64,000 nt of DNA, taken from positions 1,440,872 through 1,504,871 of the forward strand of contig JAWQFM010000005.1 of assembly GCA_033442325.1 (NCBI GenBank), read 5' to 3'. Below are positions 42,785 through 58,220 of the stretch, one piece after another (the stretch's first letter is position 1; every line of letters starts with the position of its first letter). The notes beneath the pieces are model-generated. The model did not search any database. It was not told where the DNA came from and was given only the letters and a program-made list of their open reading frames with translations. The stretch is from Salpingoeca rosetta. Lineage: Eukaryota; Protista; Choanoflagellata. Position numbers and translations under genes: made by a program.

Positions 42785-43798
42785 GTGTTTCTTTGTCGAT
42801 GACGCCTTGCAATGCAACATTCTCCTGGAAGGTGTGTGTGCGTGTGTGTGCGTGTGTGTATGTGTGTGTGTGTGTGCGTGTGCACGTGTGAGGTGATGCC
42901 GTAGATTGGAGGTGGTTGGAAGCTTTGGGTTTAAGGGGCGCAACAGCACAACTATGGAGTAGAATAGAGCAGGGAGGGGTGCTGGTCGTACCGATTCAAG
43001 CCGGCGCAGGGAGTTGCGCAGCTGCTGTTGCAAGGACTCGGTGCTGCTCCCACTCAGATCCTACGTGAGAGAGAGAGAGAGAGAGTGTGTGTGTGTGTGT
43101 GTGTGCGTGTGTGTGTGTGTGTGTGTGTGAGTGTGTGAGAGAGAGTGTGTGTGTGTGTGTGTGTGCGCGCACGTGTGTTCTTTGGATTGATGCAGGGCTG
43201 TTGTGATTCAGTACACATGCTGGCGTGTTCAGCGAGACTGCTACAGCATGACTGCTACGCTGTCTCGTTTCAAGAGGCATTGAGCAACCACACCAAGAAC
43301 GCACACGCACACGCAGACAAACATGTGCGCAAACTCTCCCTCCCTGCCTCTCTCCGCTCACGTACGCGAGCGCGTTGGTGGTGAACATCGGGGTGGTTTG
43401 TGTTTGTTGCTGTGCCAGGAAAAGCGAACAGAGCAAGGGCGATCAAGCAAATGACCACAATTGCCAGCTTGCGCCCTCGCGCCATCCACGCTCTCTGCAT
43501 CACATGAAGGGAAAAGCGAGAGCGCAATTGCACACATCAAGAGGATGATGAGTCGACTCACATCGCATCAGGACCAGAAAAGGCGCACACAAGCATACAC
43601 AAACACACACACACAGGCACACAAACATCGCGCGCTCACAAAACCATCGCGCCACACACAAACACGCACACACACACAGGCACACACACACACACACACA
43701 CAAACATCGCACACACACACACACACCTGGTTGCCAAATTCACCACCGCCACCACCACCGAGCTGCACCGAGACGTGATCTCGTGGCCGTGTTTGCAT
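39977..43798 (-). CDS. MAN1B1: ER mannosyl-oligosaccharide alpha-1,2-mannosidase (GH47), type II membrane protein; C-terminal part of the catalytic domain is missing from the sequence
   Basis: N-terminal TM segment ([17 protein letters not shown]). GH47 motifs: [89 protein letters not shown]. Confidence 0.9.
42119..42238. repeat. Intronic ~23-bp minisatellite (gccacagaacaaacaacacgcct), several degenerate copies
   Basis: Tandem repeats seen directly. Confidence 0.8.
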
Positions 43799-44110
43799 GG
43801 ACGTCAGAGGTTGCTCCCAAGCAAGAAGGCACGACGAGCACAAGCCGTAGGGGTGTGTGTTGGCTGACGAGCGAGAGATTGGCTGCGTCCTTCCCCTTCG
43901 TCTCCGTTGTTTTGGGCCGTCAGCAGAAATTGGTTGGGCGTCAGCAGAAAGGGCCAAATCCACGTCATGAGGATAATTCGTTTAAGACTTCAGCAAACAT
44001 TCCGCAATCCAAGGCATTTCTCCACTGCTGCTCACTCGCCAAACTCCCTCCCTCCACCAAGCAAGCAAGGCCTTTGCACCAACACCGCTCCCAAACAACA
44101 ACCGATCATC
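43799..44110. promoter_or_regulatory. Putative bidirectional promoter of the mannosidase and SEC61G, with CCAAT boxes and TGACG/UPRE-like sites
   Basis: Divergent ATGs ~310 bp apart. ATTGG at 43878 and 43929, CCACGTCA at 43960-43967, and the direct repeat CGTCAGCAGAAA at 43918 and 43939. Confidence 0.55.
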
Positions 44111-44905
44111 ATGGATGAGGTCGAGAGGTTTGTGCAGCCGCTCATCTCCTTTGCCAAGAGCAGCATCACCTTCTTCAACAACTGCCAGCGCCCCAACTCT
44201 GCAGGTGTGTTTGTGTGTGTGTGTGTGTGTGTGAGGATGCTTGGGGTTAAATGCGTTGTTGCGTGATGTGATGTGTTTGGTGTGTGCGAGCTTTTTTTTG
44301 GCGGTGTCTGCATCAGTTCGTTGATGCATGGATGCCAGTGTGCATTGCCAGCGCACACACAGTGCATGAAGACGCTTGCACACCAGTTCGGCTGACTCAC
44401 GTTTTCCCGGCACACAACACAACACATTATGCAGAGTACCAGCTCACAGCTCTCATGGCTGTGTTTGGCCTTCTTGTCCTCGGCTTCCTCGGCTTCTTCG
44501 TCAAGCTGATCCACATTCCCATCAACAACATCATTGTGTACGTGTTGCATCGAAGTGTATGCGTTTGTGTAGTTCTGTATGTCGTGTGTTGTGTGTTGTG
44601 GGCATGAGTGAAGACGAGTGTTTTTGTTGTGGGCATGTGCGTGAAGACGAGAGAGAGAGAGAGTGTGTGTGTGTGTGTGTTGTGTATGGGTAGACAATTG
44701 ACGATAGTCGCGCAAATGTGTGCGTGCTTGTGCTTGCGCATTTCTGTGTTGACACAGCCCGCCACATCAACCGTCTCCAAATGTTCTCAAAGTGTTGTCA
44801 AGTGTCCCTGTGTGGTTTTGTGTGTTAATTCGCCGCTTTGCTGTCGACTCTGCTCATACTTTCCTGTTTTGTTTTTGCGCTGCCATCCCCACAAACAGAT
44901 CCTGA
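44111..44905 (+). CDS. SEC61G: Protein translocon subunit Sec61 gamma (SecE/Sss1)
   Basis: [28 protein letters not shown] | [35 protein letters not shown]. The terminal micro-exon is ambiguous: stop at 44905, alternatively 45312. Confidence 0.93.
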
Positions 44906-45606
44906 TGTCACGTGCAGCGCAAGGCCGTGTGCATGCCGCGCGATCTTTGCCGTTTCTAGATCCCCCATGTCAAGTGCAACACGTTCTTCATATGACTTTC
45001 TTTGTTCAACATGCTGTTGCTTGACGCAGCTCGTGGTGGTTCGACTGCCTCTGTATTCGTGATGGTTTGATGTGTTGTCGCCGCCGGTGTACCCCGAGCC
45101 ATCCACCCGTGTTGCCGCTGCTTTGCTTCGTCTCGTTTGTGTGTGGCCGTACCACACCCCTGTGCGTGCACCGTGCTTGTCTTCTTGCACGCATGTCAGT
45201 TGTCTTTGTTGGTTTTGTGTTTGGTCAAGTTTGTGCGTCAGGATGTGCGTGTTCGTATGTGTTCGTATGTGTTCGTATGTGTGCGTATGCGTACGTTCCC
45301 CCTTACAGGTGATGTGGGGTGTCTGTTGAATTGACAATACACCCATGACGTGAATGAACTCTGCGTGTGCATGTGTTTTTGGCTTGGACTCGCTTCGAGG
45401 TGGACGAGCATGCGTGCGTTCGCTCTTGCATGAGACAGAGGAAGGCAATATCGAGTCGCTTGTCGGCGTGTGTACATTGTTGAAGGGAAGGGGAAGAACC
45501 AAAACAAGGAGGAATCGACGGAACCAAGAACATGTGATGAGGATCAGCTACGCGAAAAGTCAGGAGCATCATCAGGGACGCTGCAGCACAACACCGTGGT
45601 GCTTCC

Positions 45607-45753
45607 TTACTTCTTCTTCTTCTTCTGGGCACGTTTACCCTCGCCTAACATGAACACAGTGACAAACACGCGTGTGTGTGTTTGGGGGGGGGGTGGACGG
45701 GAATGAGGGGTCGGTGGGAAATGACAGGGAATGATTGCTCTTGCTCGTCGAAG

Positions 45754-45815
<62 letters not shown>

Positions 45816-46031
45816 ACACACACACACGTGTGCAAGGTCAAAGCTTACCCTTGCGTGTTGGCACGCGGCCGCGCTTCTCGTTCATCACCTTCTTCTCGCC
45901 CTCGTAGATCTGCCATCGCCACAATGGGAGCAAACGAGCGTTATAAACACACCGATGTAACAGAGAGAAGAGAGGCAAAGAGAGGAAGAGGGATGAAGGT
46001 GGGACAGAGGGGCTAAGGTAGAGACAGAGAG

Positions 46032-46088
<57 letters not shown>

Positions 46089-46581
46089 CAGACGCACGCA
46101 CACACACACGCACACACCATTTTCTCGTCTAGGTAGATGCCGGCTGCAATCATTCGCGTGAGGAGTTTGTTCTGGTGCATGACTGTCTCCGGGTAGTAGC
46201 GCATCATGGCCTCTGCCTTTGTCGCTTTCTTCAGATGCCGAGTCGGTGACCTACGCACGCAAAGCAGCGGGAGGCGTGACACATCATACGCATGGGAAGC
46301 TGAGCATGGGCGGCAGCAAGTTGCACGCACCGAACCAACATGGCTGTGTGGATGCACACAGAGAAGCGCACTCAACAAAGGACACTCAACAAAAGCGCAC
46401 TCAACAAAGCACACACACACACGCACGCACACACACACACACACACAAACACTAACACTAACACGCACACACGCGCGCGCGCGCATGTTGTCGCGTGATC
46501 TCACCGAACATTTGGTGGCAGCACCACCTGTCCAAAGATGGACCTGCTCAGCATGCCCAGCCGTCGCAAGCGCTCCGCCAT
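45607..46581 (-). CDS. MRPS33: Mitochondrial small ribosomal subunit protein mS33 (MRPS33/Rsm27)
   Basis: Four exons: MAERLRRLGMLSRSIFGQV..., MRYYPE...AGIYLDEK, WQIYEGEKKVMNEKRGRVPTRK and GEGKRAQKKKKK*. This matches the mS33 pattern S..IFG / YYP / G.Y.DE / RG....KGEGKRA. Confidence 0.85.
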
Positions 46582-47353
46582 TTTTGTCGTCGTGCTGCTG
46601 AAAGGAAATAAATGTGTCACTACATTTTATGGTGTCGCGATAGAGTAAAGCGTGCTGCAGGCATGGCACATACCCCTGGCTCCAGTGTCACAACACATCA
46701 TGTCACTCATGTCACACTGCTGCGTCATGTCATGTCACACACATCATAGTGTCATGTCACAGCTGTATCAATGCGCGTACAAGCGACCTGACTGCCGCAC
46801 CAAATCAACCAGCAACAAGCAGGGGATGCGATCATCACCACAACACAAGCAGAAATTAAGAAATGGACAAGCAAAGCAAAGTAAAGTAAAGCAAGTAAAG
46901 CAAAGGGAGTGGGGGCGCCATCCATCGGGCTGTCATCACATCCACATCACGCAAGCAAGAACAAAATATGTAGAACTTGGGGTCGCGAGCACGACACGTG
47001 GTTGCCAATACACACGCACTATCTCATGCACGCGTCATGCAATCACACCAGCACACCATTTCACGCGCTGCTCAGAAAAGAAATCAGTCATTAAAACAAA
47101 CAAAACAAGAATGGAGAGAAGGAGAGAGGGTTGTGGCTCGAGCGCGACATCTCAGTGAGAACTCCATCAGTGATTACACCCACATCACAACGAGACTATG
47201 AACAACTGGACAGGTGAACAAAGCGTGTATGCTGACATGGGGGTGTGGGATATGACTTGAATCGCAGCAGACAGTTGCGTATCACCACACAGATGCAACC
47301 AAACACGGACGCACGGGCCTTGTCGAATGCTCGCAGGGTGTAGAGCATCACAG

Positions 47354-51237
<3,884 letters not shown>

Positions 51238-52824
51238 GGTGCTGGTGCAGTGGAGAAGAAGAGAGCCTTCGTTGCACGCTTGTCTGTGATGTGAGTTGCT
51301 TGCTCGTGGCCTTGCTTGGTTTGTGTTGGTCGGGTGCGTTGGTGCCGGTCCTTCTGCTTGTCTTGATTGCTTGCTTCGTTGCTTCTTGATGCGATATGGC
51401 GTGTCGACTTGCGTCAATATGCTAGGATGCGAGGTGCTGCTTGCTAATGCTCAGCTTTGAAAAGGAAATGAACAGCAGCCAAGGTTTGGATCGACTTACT
51501 CACTTCCATAAGTGAGCGAGCTGTGCGTGTTGGAATGTGTGCAGCTTCGCTGTCGGTTGGAGCTGTGTGTGTGCGTTCGTGTGGGGTGTGGTTGTGCGGT
51601 GTGTGGTTGTGCGGTGTGTGTGTGGTGTCTGCGAGGGTTGTGCATGTGCCTTGACGGGTTTCTTGCCTGTTGTGTGTGTTTACGTTGGTCAGTGTTGGGT
51701 GTTTGTTTTGTCCGGTTTCAAAGAGACGAATGCTGCTGTTGTTGCCTTGCCTTTGGTTGGGCCTGCCGTGTGGTGGCAAACATCTGCGTGCAGCGCAACC
51801 CTGCACCCATACGCGCACGAACAAAAGGCTTGCTCTGCCACGTGTGGAATGTGTGCGCGCGAGCCACCACAGTGGCGTTGATGTTTTTTTGGTCAGGTCA
51901 GGTCACAGCGTGGGCAAGCACCAGAACACAACCACGTTTGAAATTTGCGCGGCGAGACGGTTGTGTGGAGTGGAAGCGAATGTTTCGAGCTCTGGTCAGT
52001 GTTTCGCTGAAGTGCAGAAGGAACAACAAAGAACACCAAACGGAAGCGGCGTCGACGAACAAAGACCACGTTTCGAGAAGGCGAATATTGGCTAAAAACT
52101 GCAACCAATATTCCAAACAATTTTTCTTTGCAGGCCCGGCATTTTAGCACCTGGAATGATCGTTGTGCGCAGGTTTAGCTTGTTGCATTTCAAGCACCCA
52201 ACCGCAAGCATTCAAAACGTCTAGCGGAATGCCTGAAAATTTTGCCTGAAATCCCAAGCCCGTGTTCCCTTCCCATGCCTGGAAACGCATCACAAACGTG
52301 TGAGATGCGGGAAGTGGGCAGTCATGCACAAGTGCTGTAGCGCTTTGCTGGGCGAAAAAGTGTTGTGGGGTAACTGTTGTGTGCATGGGTCACGCGCGTA
52401 GTCTTTCGTCAGCACGGACACTTTGTTGCCTCGTTGACGCGTTGTGTGCTGCGTTGTGTGCTGCGTTTGCAGTGCGTTGTGTTGCGTTGTGTTGCGTTGT
52501 GTTGCGTTGTGTTGGGCTGAACCGGACAGACCCAAATGCATGCTACACACTGACGGGTCTTTCTGACGTTGGTGACTTTTACCATTTGCACGCTAAACGC
52601 ATAACGGTTAGCTTCAAACACCCGTTTGGTGATACACCACAGCAAAAGCGTCCCACTGTGCGCGTGCGTGCAGGTCACAAGACACTGTTGTACGATGCGC
52701 TGTAGGTGGCGTTGCCTCTGGTTCGCAAGTTTTTTCGTAGTTGTCCGTCACAGCTTACCCAATACCACGATTGCCGACGTTTGCTTGGTTGACTCGCCCG
52801 GAGGTGGGACTGCCGCACAAACAC

Positions 52825-52871
<47 letters not shown>

Positions 52872-54271
52872 CGTCATACGCGCAGAAAAAAACACAACGG
52901 CAAGACATTGTTGTCGACACGTGGTGCACGCGCTGGTGTTTTGCTATTTTGCGCGGTGTGGGGATCTTGCTTGCATGCGCACGCATGCATGCGAATGTCG
53001 TGCGCATGCTGGCTGTGCGTGCGCGTGTGTGTGTGGATGGGATGCTGCGGCGCATGCAGCAGCAGCGGCAACAATGCGACGGCGACGACACGCTCAGTTG
53101 GAAGCGCAAAGAAAGCCGTGCTCTTTTGAAAATTGGCTGAAGACACCCTGCAATTGCCCACGCACGCATCAACTTCCCGCACGTTTCGCCAGCCTACTCA
53201 CGCACAACAAAACACGATGACAAAGACGGCACATACAACATACAACACACACACACACACAACCCTCCACACACACACACCACACACACGCAAGCAAGCA
53301 GCTCAAGCAACTGCAACACACAAAACACACAAGCAGAAGGAAGAAAAGTTGACACAGAGAAGGAGTTGACGCACGGGCACCAGCGAACCTTCTTCCTGCA
53401 TGGGTACACTCATACACACACTCACACACACACACACACACACACACGGTTCGTGCAGTTGTGATTGTGCCTCTGTTCCCATCCATTTTCCACGATCAAC
53501 CTCTGCAACCAAGAACGACAACCAAGAAGCCAAGCCGAAACAAGGAGTGCTACACACGCCCGTCATTCCGCTCCCATACACACGCACCTACACATACACA
53601 CGCACCGACACATACACATAGCACCGACACATACACATACCCGTTATCAAGCATTGCCGAAACACCAACGACAAGCAAGAAGGCAAACCAAGTTTGGAAC
53701 AAGTCTGGATTCTCCCCCCCCCACCACCTTCACAAGCACGCAGGACACCAACCCAAGAAGGACGATAACGGCGCTGAGACAAGCGAGCAAGAAGCCTTCC
53801 AGCTTCCTTCCCTGGCACGCACCCTCATCCCCGTCCGCCTCTCAACTTTGTTTTGCAAGCACCCAAGGGACAAACGGACAAGCCCTCCTTGTGTCCGCTG
53901 CTATCCTGGCTTTGACTTTTTGACAAGTAAGTTTTGCCCACAATGTGTACGAGTGCGACTCGTGAATGGCTATGAGTGTGACTCGTGAATGGGCTTTGAG
54001 GGCGAGTTTGCATTGGATCGCACACACGGCACCAACCAGCCAAATACACACACATACAAACACACACACATGCATACATTCACGCACACACACACATACA
54101 TTTTTTCATACACACACACACACACACACACGCATTCACGCATTCACTCGCTCATTCACTTCACCCCCTCCCCCCCCCCAAACTCCTCACGCACATGAGC
54201 AGCAGAAGAACACGTAAAGGGTGCTCTAGGGCGACACCCCCCTCTCCCTTCCTCCCACCTCGTCTGCGACC

Positions 54272-55538
54272 ATGTACCACCAGCAGAGCCAAGTGCATCA
54301 GGCAGAGGACCTTTCTGCGACCACCCCCGTCATGCTCCCATTCGACATGGCGTTCAACAACGACGGCTATGACCCGCAACAGCAAGACGGCTACTCCCAC
54401 GCGTTCGTGACCAGCGCACGCAGGTGCACCAGCCCCGCCCCACAGCTTGCGGACGCCGGCATCACCGTGGTGCACACACAACAGCAACAGCAACAGCAAC
54501 CACAGCCGTGCGGCCAGCAAGTGACGGACCCACGCGACCGCAGGAGCAGTGCCACGACAGACAACTCCCTCACGTCTGCTTCGTCCTTCACGGCCTCCAA
54601 CTCTGCCAGCGACGTCGCTCCAACGTCTCCACCGGCCGCCATTCACACGGCATTCGCCAGCCACCTCGGGCAGGGGACCGTCCAAGACATGGGTATCCCC
54701 GCTGCATTCGACGCTGTGCATGGATCAAGCACAAGAGGAGCAACCCTGGCCGAGGACGTGCACACGCACTCAAACACAGCCATGTTCAGCCAGCCACCGC
54801 CACAGCCACAAGGCGCACCGGCCTCCTCGTCCTTCTCTTCCCTGCCGCAACTTGAGCCTTTCCCAGACATGGCCCAAGGCAGCGACAGCGGCCACGACAG
54901 CAGCACCAGCAACCTCTACGGCAGCTACAACAACGACAACAACAACAACAGCAACAGCAGCAGCAGCAGCAGCAGCAGCGCCAACGGTTTGGGTGCTTAC
55001 CACGGTCTGCCCGATGCAAACATGATTGCAGGCTCGTTGGCTGCGCTGGAGGAAAACATGCACCACTTCCAGGGCCCAGCACTCACGCCGTTGCTGGCTT
55101 CCAACTTGGACCTGTTCAACTTTGACGGCTCGGATACGCTGGCCCACACCAACACCAGCACCACCAACACCAACACCAGCGCTGGCACAAGTCTCTCGAT
55201 GATGGAGGTGTCCACGTGGGCGGCCAACATGCAGCTTGTGCCCGAGGACAGGGCAGCGGACATCATGCATGCCCACGCCGTGGGCGAAGCTTCTGCTTCC
55301 TCTGGCCGCTCCTCTGTTTGCTCCAGTGATGCGGCCTCGGCGGTGTCCGACAAGAACTGGGTCGGTCGTCGCACCACGAAGCGCGGCGGCACACGCAAGT
55401 CTGCGCCCAAGCGCAAGCGCAAGCGCAACCGCAAGCGCATTGCCGAGCTGCCTCCCACTCAGCAGGAACACCAGCGTTACGTTTCACGCATGGCCGCTCG
55501 CCGCCGCCGGTACGTACATGCCATTCCATTCCACGTTT

Positions 55539-55569
<31 letters not shown>

Positions 55570-55590
55570 GTGGGTATGTGTGTGTGTGTG

Positions 55591-55625
<35 letters not shown>

Positions 55626-55982
55626 AGTAGACCTCTGTACACGTAGACGGTGGCGCAGAACATGTCGTACGCGCCTTCGCGTCGGCGTTTTGTGTGACTT
55701 TACTGTACTGCCTGCGCACACATTGACTTGGGTGGATCTCACCTGCCACGCGCCTTTTGCTTGCCTGCATGCACGCCTGCATGATCCCTGTGAACACACA
55801 ACAGCCAGAAGCAGGTGGAGGAACTCAAGTACTACACCAAGCGCTCCGAGGAGCTGCTTGCAGACCAGCACAAGCTGCAGGAGCGGCTGGTCAACGTCCG
55901 TCGCCAGCGTGACCTCGAGGCCATGCGCCTCCTCGAGCTGGTCGTGGCGGGCCAGTTCTACATTCCCGGCCTGTCTCTGTGA
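54272..55982 (+). CDS. bZIP-type transcription factor A (2 exons: 54272-55509 and 55805-55982), atypical basic region
   Basis: Long Q/S/N-rich and acidic N-terminus. Basic region KRKRKRNRKRIAELPPTQQEHQRYVSRMAARRRR is followed after the intron by the coiled coil QKQVEELKYYTKRSEELLADQHKLQERLVNVRRQRD. Confidence 0.75.
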
Positions 55983-56130
55983 GCCGGCGTTGTGACTGCA
56001 AGCTGTGAGCGTCTGCTCCCGACCCCTCCTCTCCACAAACCCCTCCCCTCCCCTCTTCCATCTCAACGCGCGTGTGTTGATGTTGGGCAAGCCTCCTTCC
56101 TCTCGTTTCACCCTCTCTTGCTCCTGTTAT

Positions 56131-56186
56131 CTTGTTGTTGTTGTTGTTGTTGTTTTTGTTGTTGTTTTGTTGTTGTTGTTGTTGTT

Positions 56187-56238
<52 letters not shown>
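56131..56238. repeat. (GTT)n trinucleotide microsatellite downstream of bZIP-A
   Basis: Tandem array seen directly. Confidence 0.9.
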
Positions 56239-56239
<1 letters not shown>

Positions 56240-57818
56240 GCGTGTTACTTGATGACACGTGCACCTCAACTGCTGACCTGTACACACGAGGTGTGGACAG
56301 TTGTATCTATGTACAGCCCGTGTGCGGCCTCCCCCGTTGGCTTTTCCCCTTGCCTCCCCCTTTCTCCCCTCTTTTCGTGTTTGGACGCTGTGTTCGAACT
56401 GGCTTGTCATTTCTTGCCGCACGCGAGCGTTGGATGGTGTCTTGGACCTGTGTTTTGTCGAGTGGCGTACAGTGTGTGTGTGTGTGTGTGTTGTTGCTGC
56501 CTCTTTTCTCCTCTCCCTTGTGAGGTTTGCTCGTGCATCATCTGGCACGTGGAGGAGCGCGTTTGTGGGTTTGCACTTGTACATGCGCTGACACGCGTAA
56601 ATGTGGAAGAACACTGTGTTTGCAGACACACGTTCTTCTTCCTCGCCCGGTTGTGGCCTCCCCTCCCCCCACTTTTTCCCTTCCGCACGCTGCATCGTGA
56701 CATGTCGTCACTTTGCCTTTGCTGCATCTGATTTATATACCTCTCCCCTCTTCTCTCTCCTTGCTTCCCCCTCCCCCCTCTTGCCTCTCCTTCTCTGTTC
56801 TCGCCCTGATTCTTATTCCTACCGACGTCTTTACTTCCTTTTCCGTGCGACCCGGCGTCGCCTTCTTCTGTTGCTGCTCTTCTGTTGCTGCTGCTGCTGT
56901 GTTACACGACTTACTTACGAACTTGCATTCCTTCTGTTCACAAATGGGCTGCCGTGCCTCTGTGCTGTTCATTGCGTTACCACGTTGCCTACTGCTGTTG
57001 ATTCAAGGCCATTTGGCCGCGTTCTTGTGCACCTTTGCGTCTCTTATGTGCGCCGCCATGTCATGTCGTGGGTTGTGTGCTGTGCGTTATCAATGAACGA
57101 AATCGAGACATCATCAATTCTCTGAAGACAACTGAACTGGATAAAACCACGAGAAGGGCGTGTGTCATGTGTGTGCGTGTGTCATGCGTGTGTCATGTGT
57201 GTGTGTGTGTGTTTGTAATTGTGTGTGCGTGTACGTGTACGTAATTGTGTGTGCGCACCTGCCTGCCGTGCGTTTGCCGGTAACTGTACCATCACCTAAA
57301 ACCCATTCGCTCAAAGACCTGCATTCCCGAGCCATGGCTTCTCCTCCACGTCTTCCTGTTCTCTCCGCCTCCGCCCCACCCATTCCAGTCGCATCGTGCC
57401 ATGTGGGCTATGTGTGTTGGGATCATTTATGGAGAACACAAACACAACAACAAGTGTCTTGCTCAGCAATCCACCGTCAAGCAAAGCAACGAAACGAAAC
57501 AAGCAAGCCATTCAATAGAAGAAGATAACGACAAACAGCAGCGTGAAACGACATGCGTGTCGGGCAAAAGGTTGTGCACAACACGCACATCATCACCATG
57601 GCATAACCAAGCATGACATGTCATCACCATCATCGGAGATGGAATAACAGGAAGATTAAGTAAGAAGGAGGAAAATAGAAAAAGTGCGCAAGCACAGGCG
57701 TGCGGTTGGTGTGTGTGTGTGTGTGCGGGGCAGGCGACCTAAGTGAAAAGAGCAGACTGCAGCGGCGGAGCGGCGCGATGGCGGCTGGCCACAGCGGTTC
57801 CTTAGGCAGTTCACGTCA

Positions 57819-58220
57819 TCAGTTGGCGCGGAGCGTGCGCTGGACCTTTGGCGCGCTTGCAGCTGTCGCTGCGCTTGCTGCCTTGGACGCCAGGCTGCTG
57901 CCACGGCGGCTCTCGGTGGCGGTGGCGGTGGCGGTGGCGGTGGCGCGGTGGTCGATGGCCTTGGGAACGGCCATGGCCGGGTCGCGGCAGGCACCGCCCG
58001 ACTGTGTGTACCAGGACCTGGGCAGCACCGTTTGCTGCGCAAGGGCCTCCACGTCGTCGGCCTCGCCAAAGGTGACTTGCAAGGAGCGCCAGAGCCGCTG
58101 CTGGTGCACAATCTGAAGCAGCTTGGGCTCGGCCTGGCCGTTAATGTCCATGTTCTTGGCAAACGCGGCGTGCACGAGGTCGCTCACCGTCTTGGGCTGC
58201 TGGGCGCGAGTCATGGCCAT
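57819..58220 (-). CDS. Small intronless protein (~133 aa) with an N-terminal SERTA-like helical motif
   Basis: ATG in acaaccATGG context and GC3-rich, coding-like codon usage. Motif VHAAFAKNMDINGQAEPKLLQIVHQQRLWRSLQ. Confidence 0.62.
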   Translation of the reverse strand: MAMTRAQQPKTVSDLVHAAFAKNMDINGQAEPKLLQIVHQQRLWRSLQVTFGEADDVEALAQQTVLPRSWYTQSGGACRDPAMAVPKAIDHRATATATATATESRRGSSLASKAASAATAASAPKVQRTLRAN

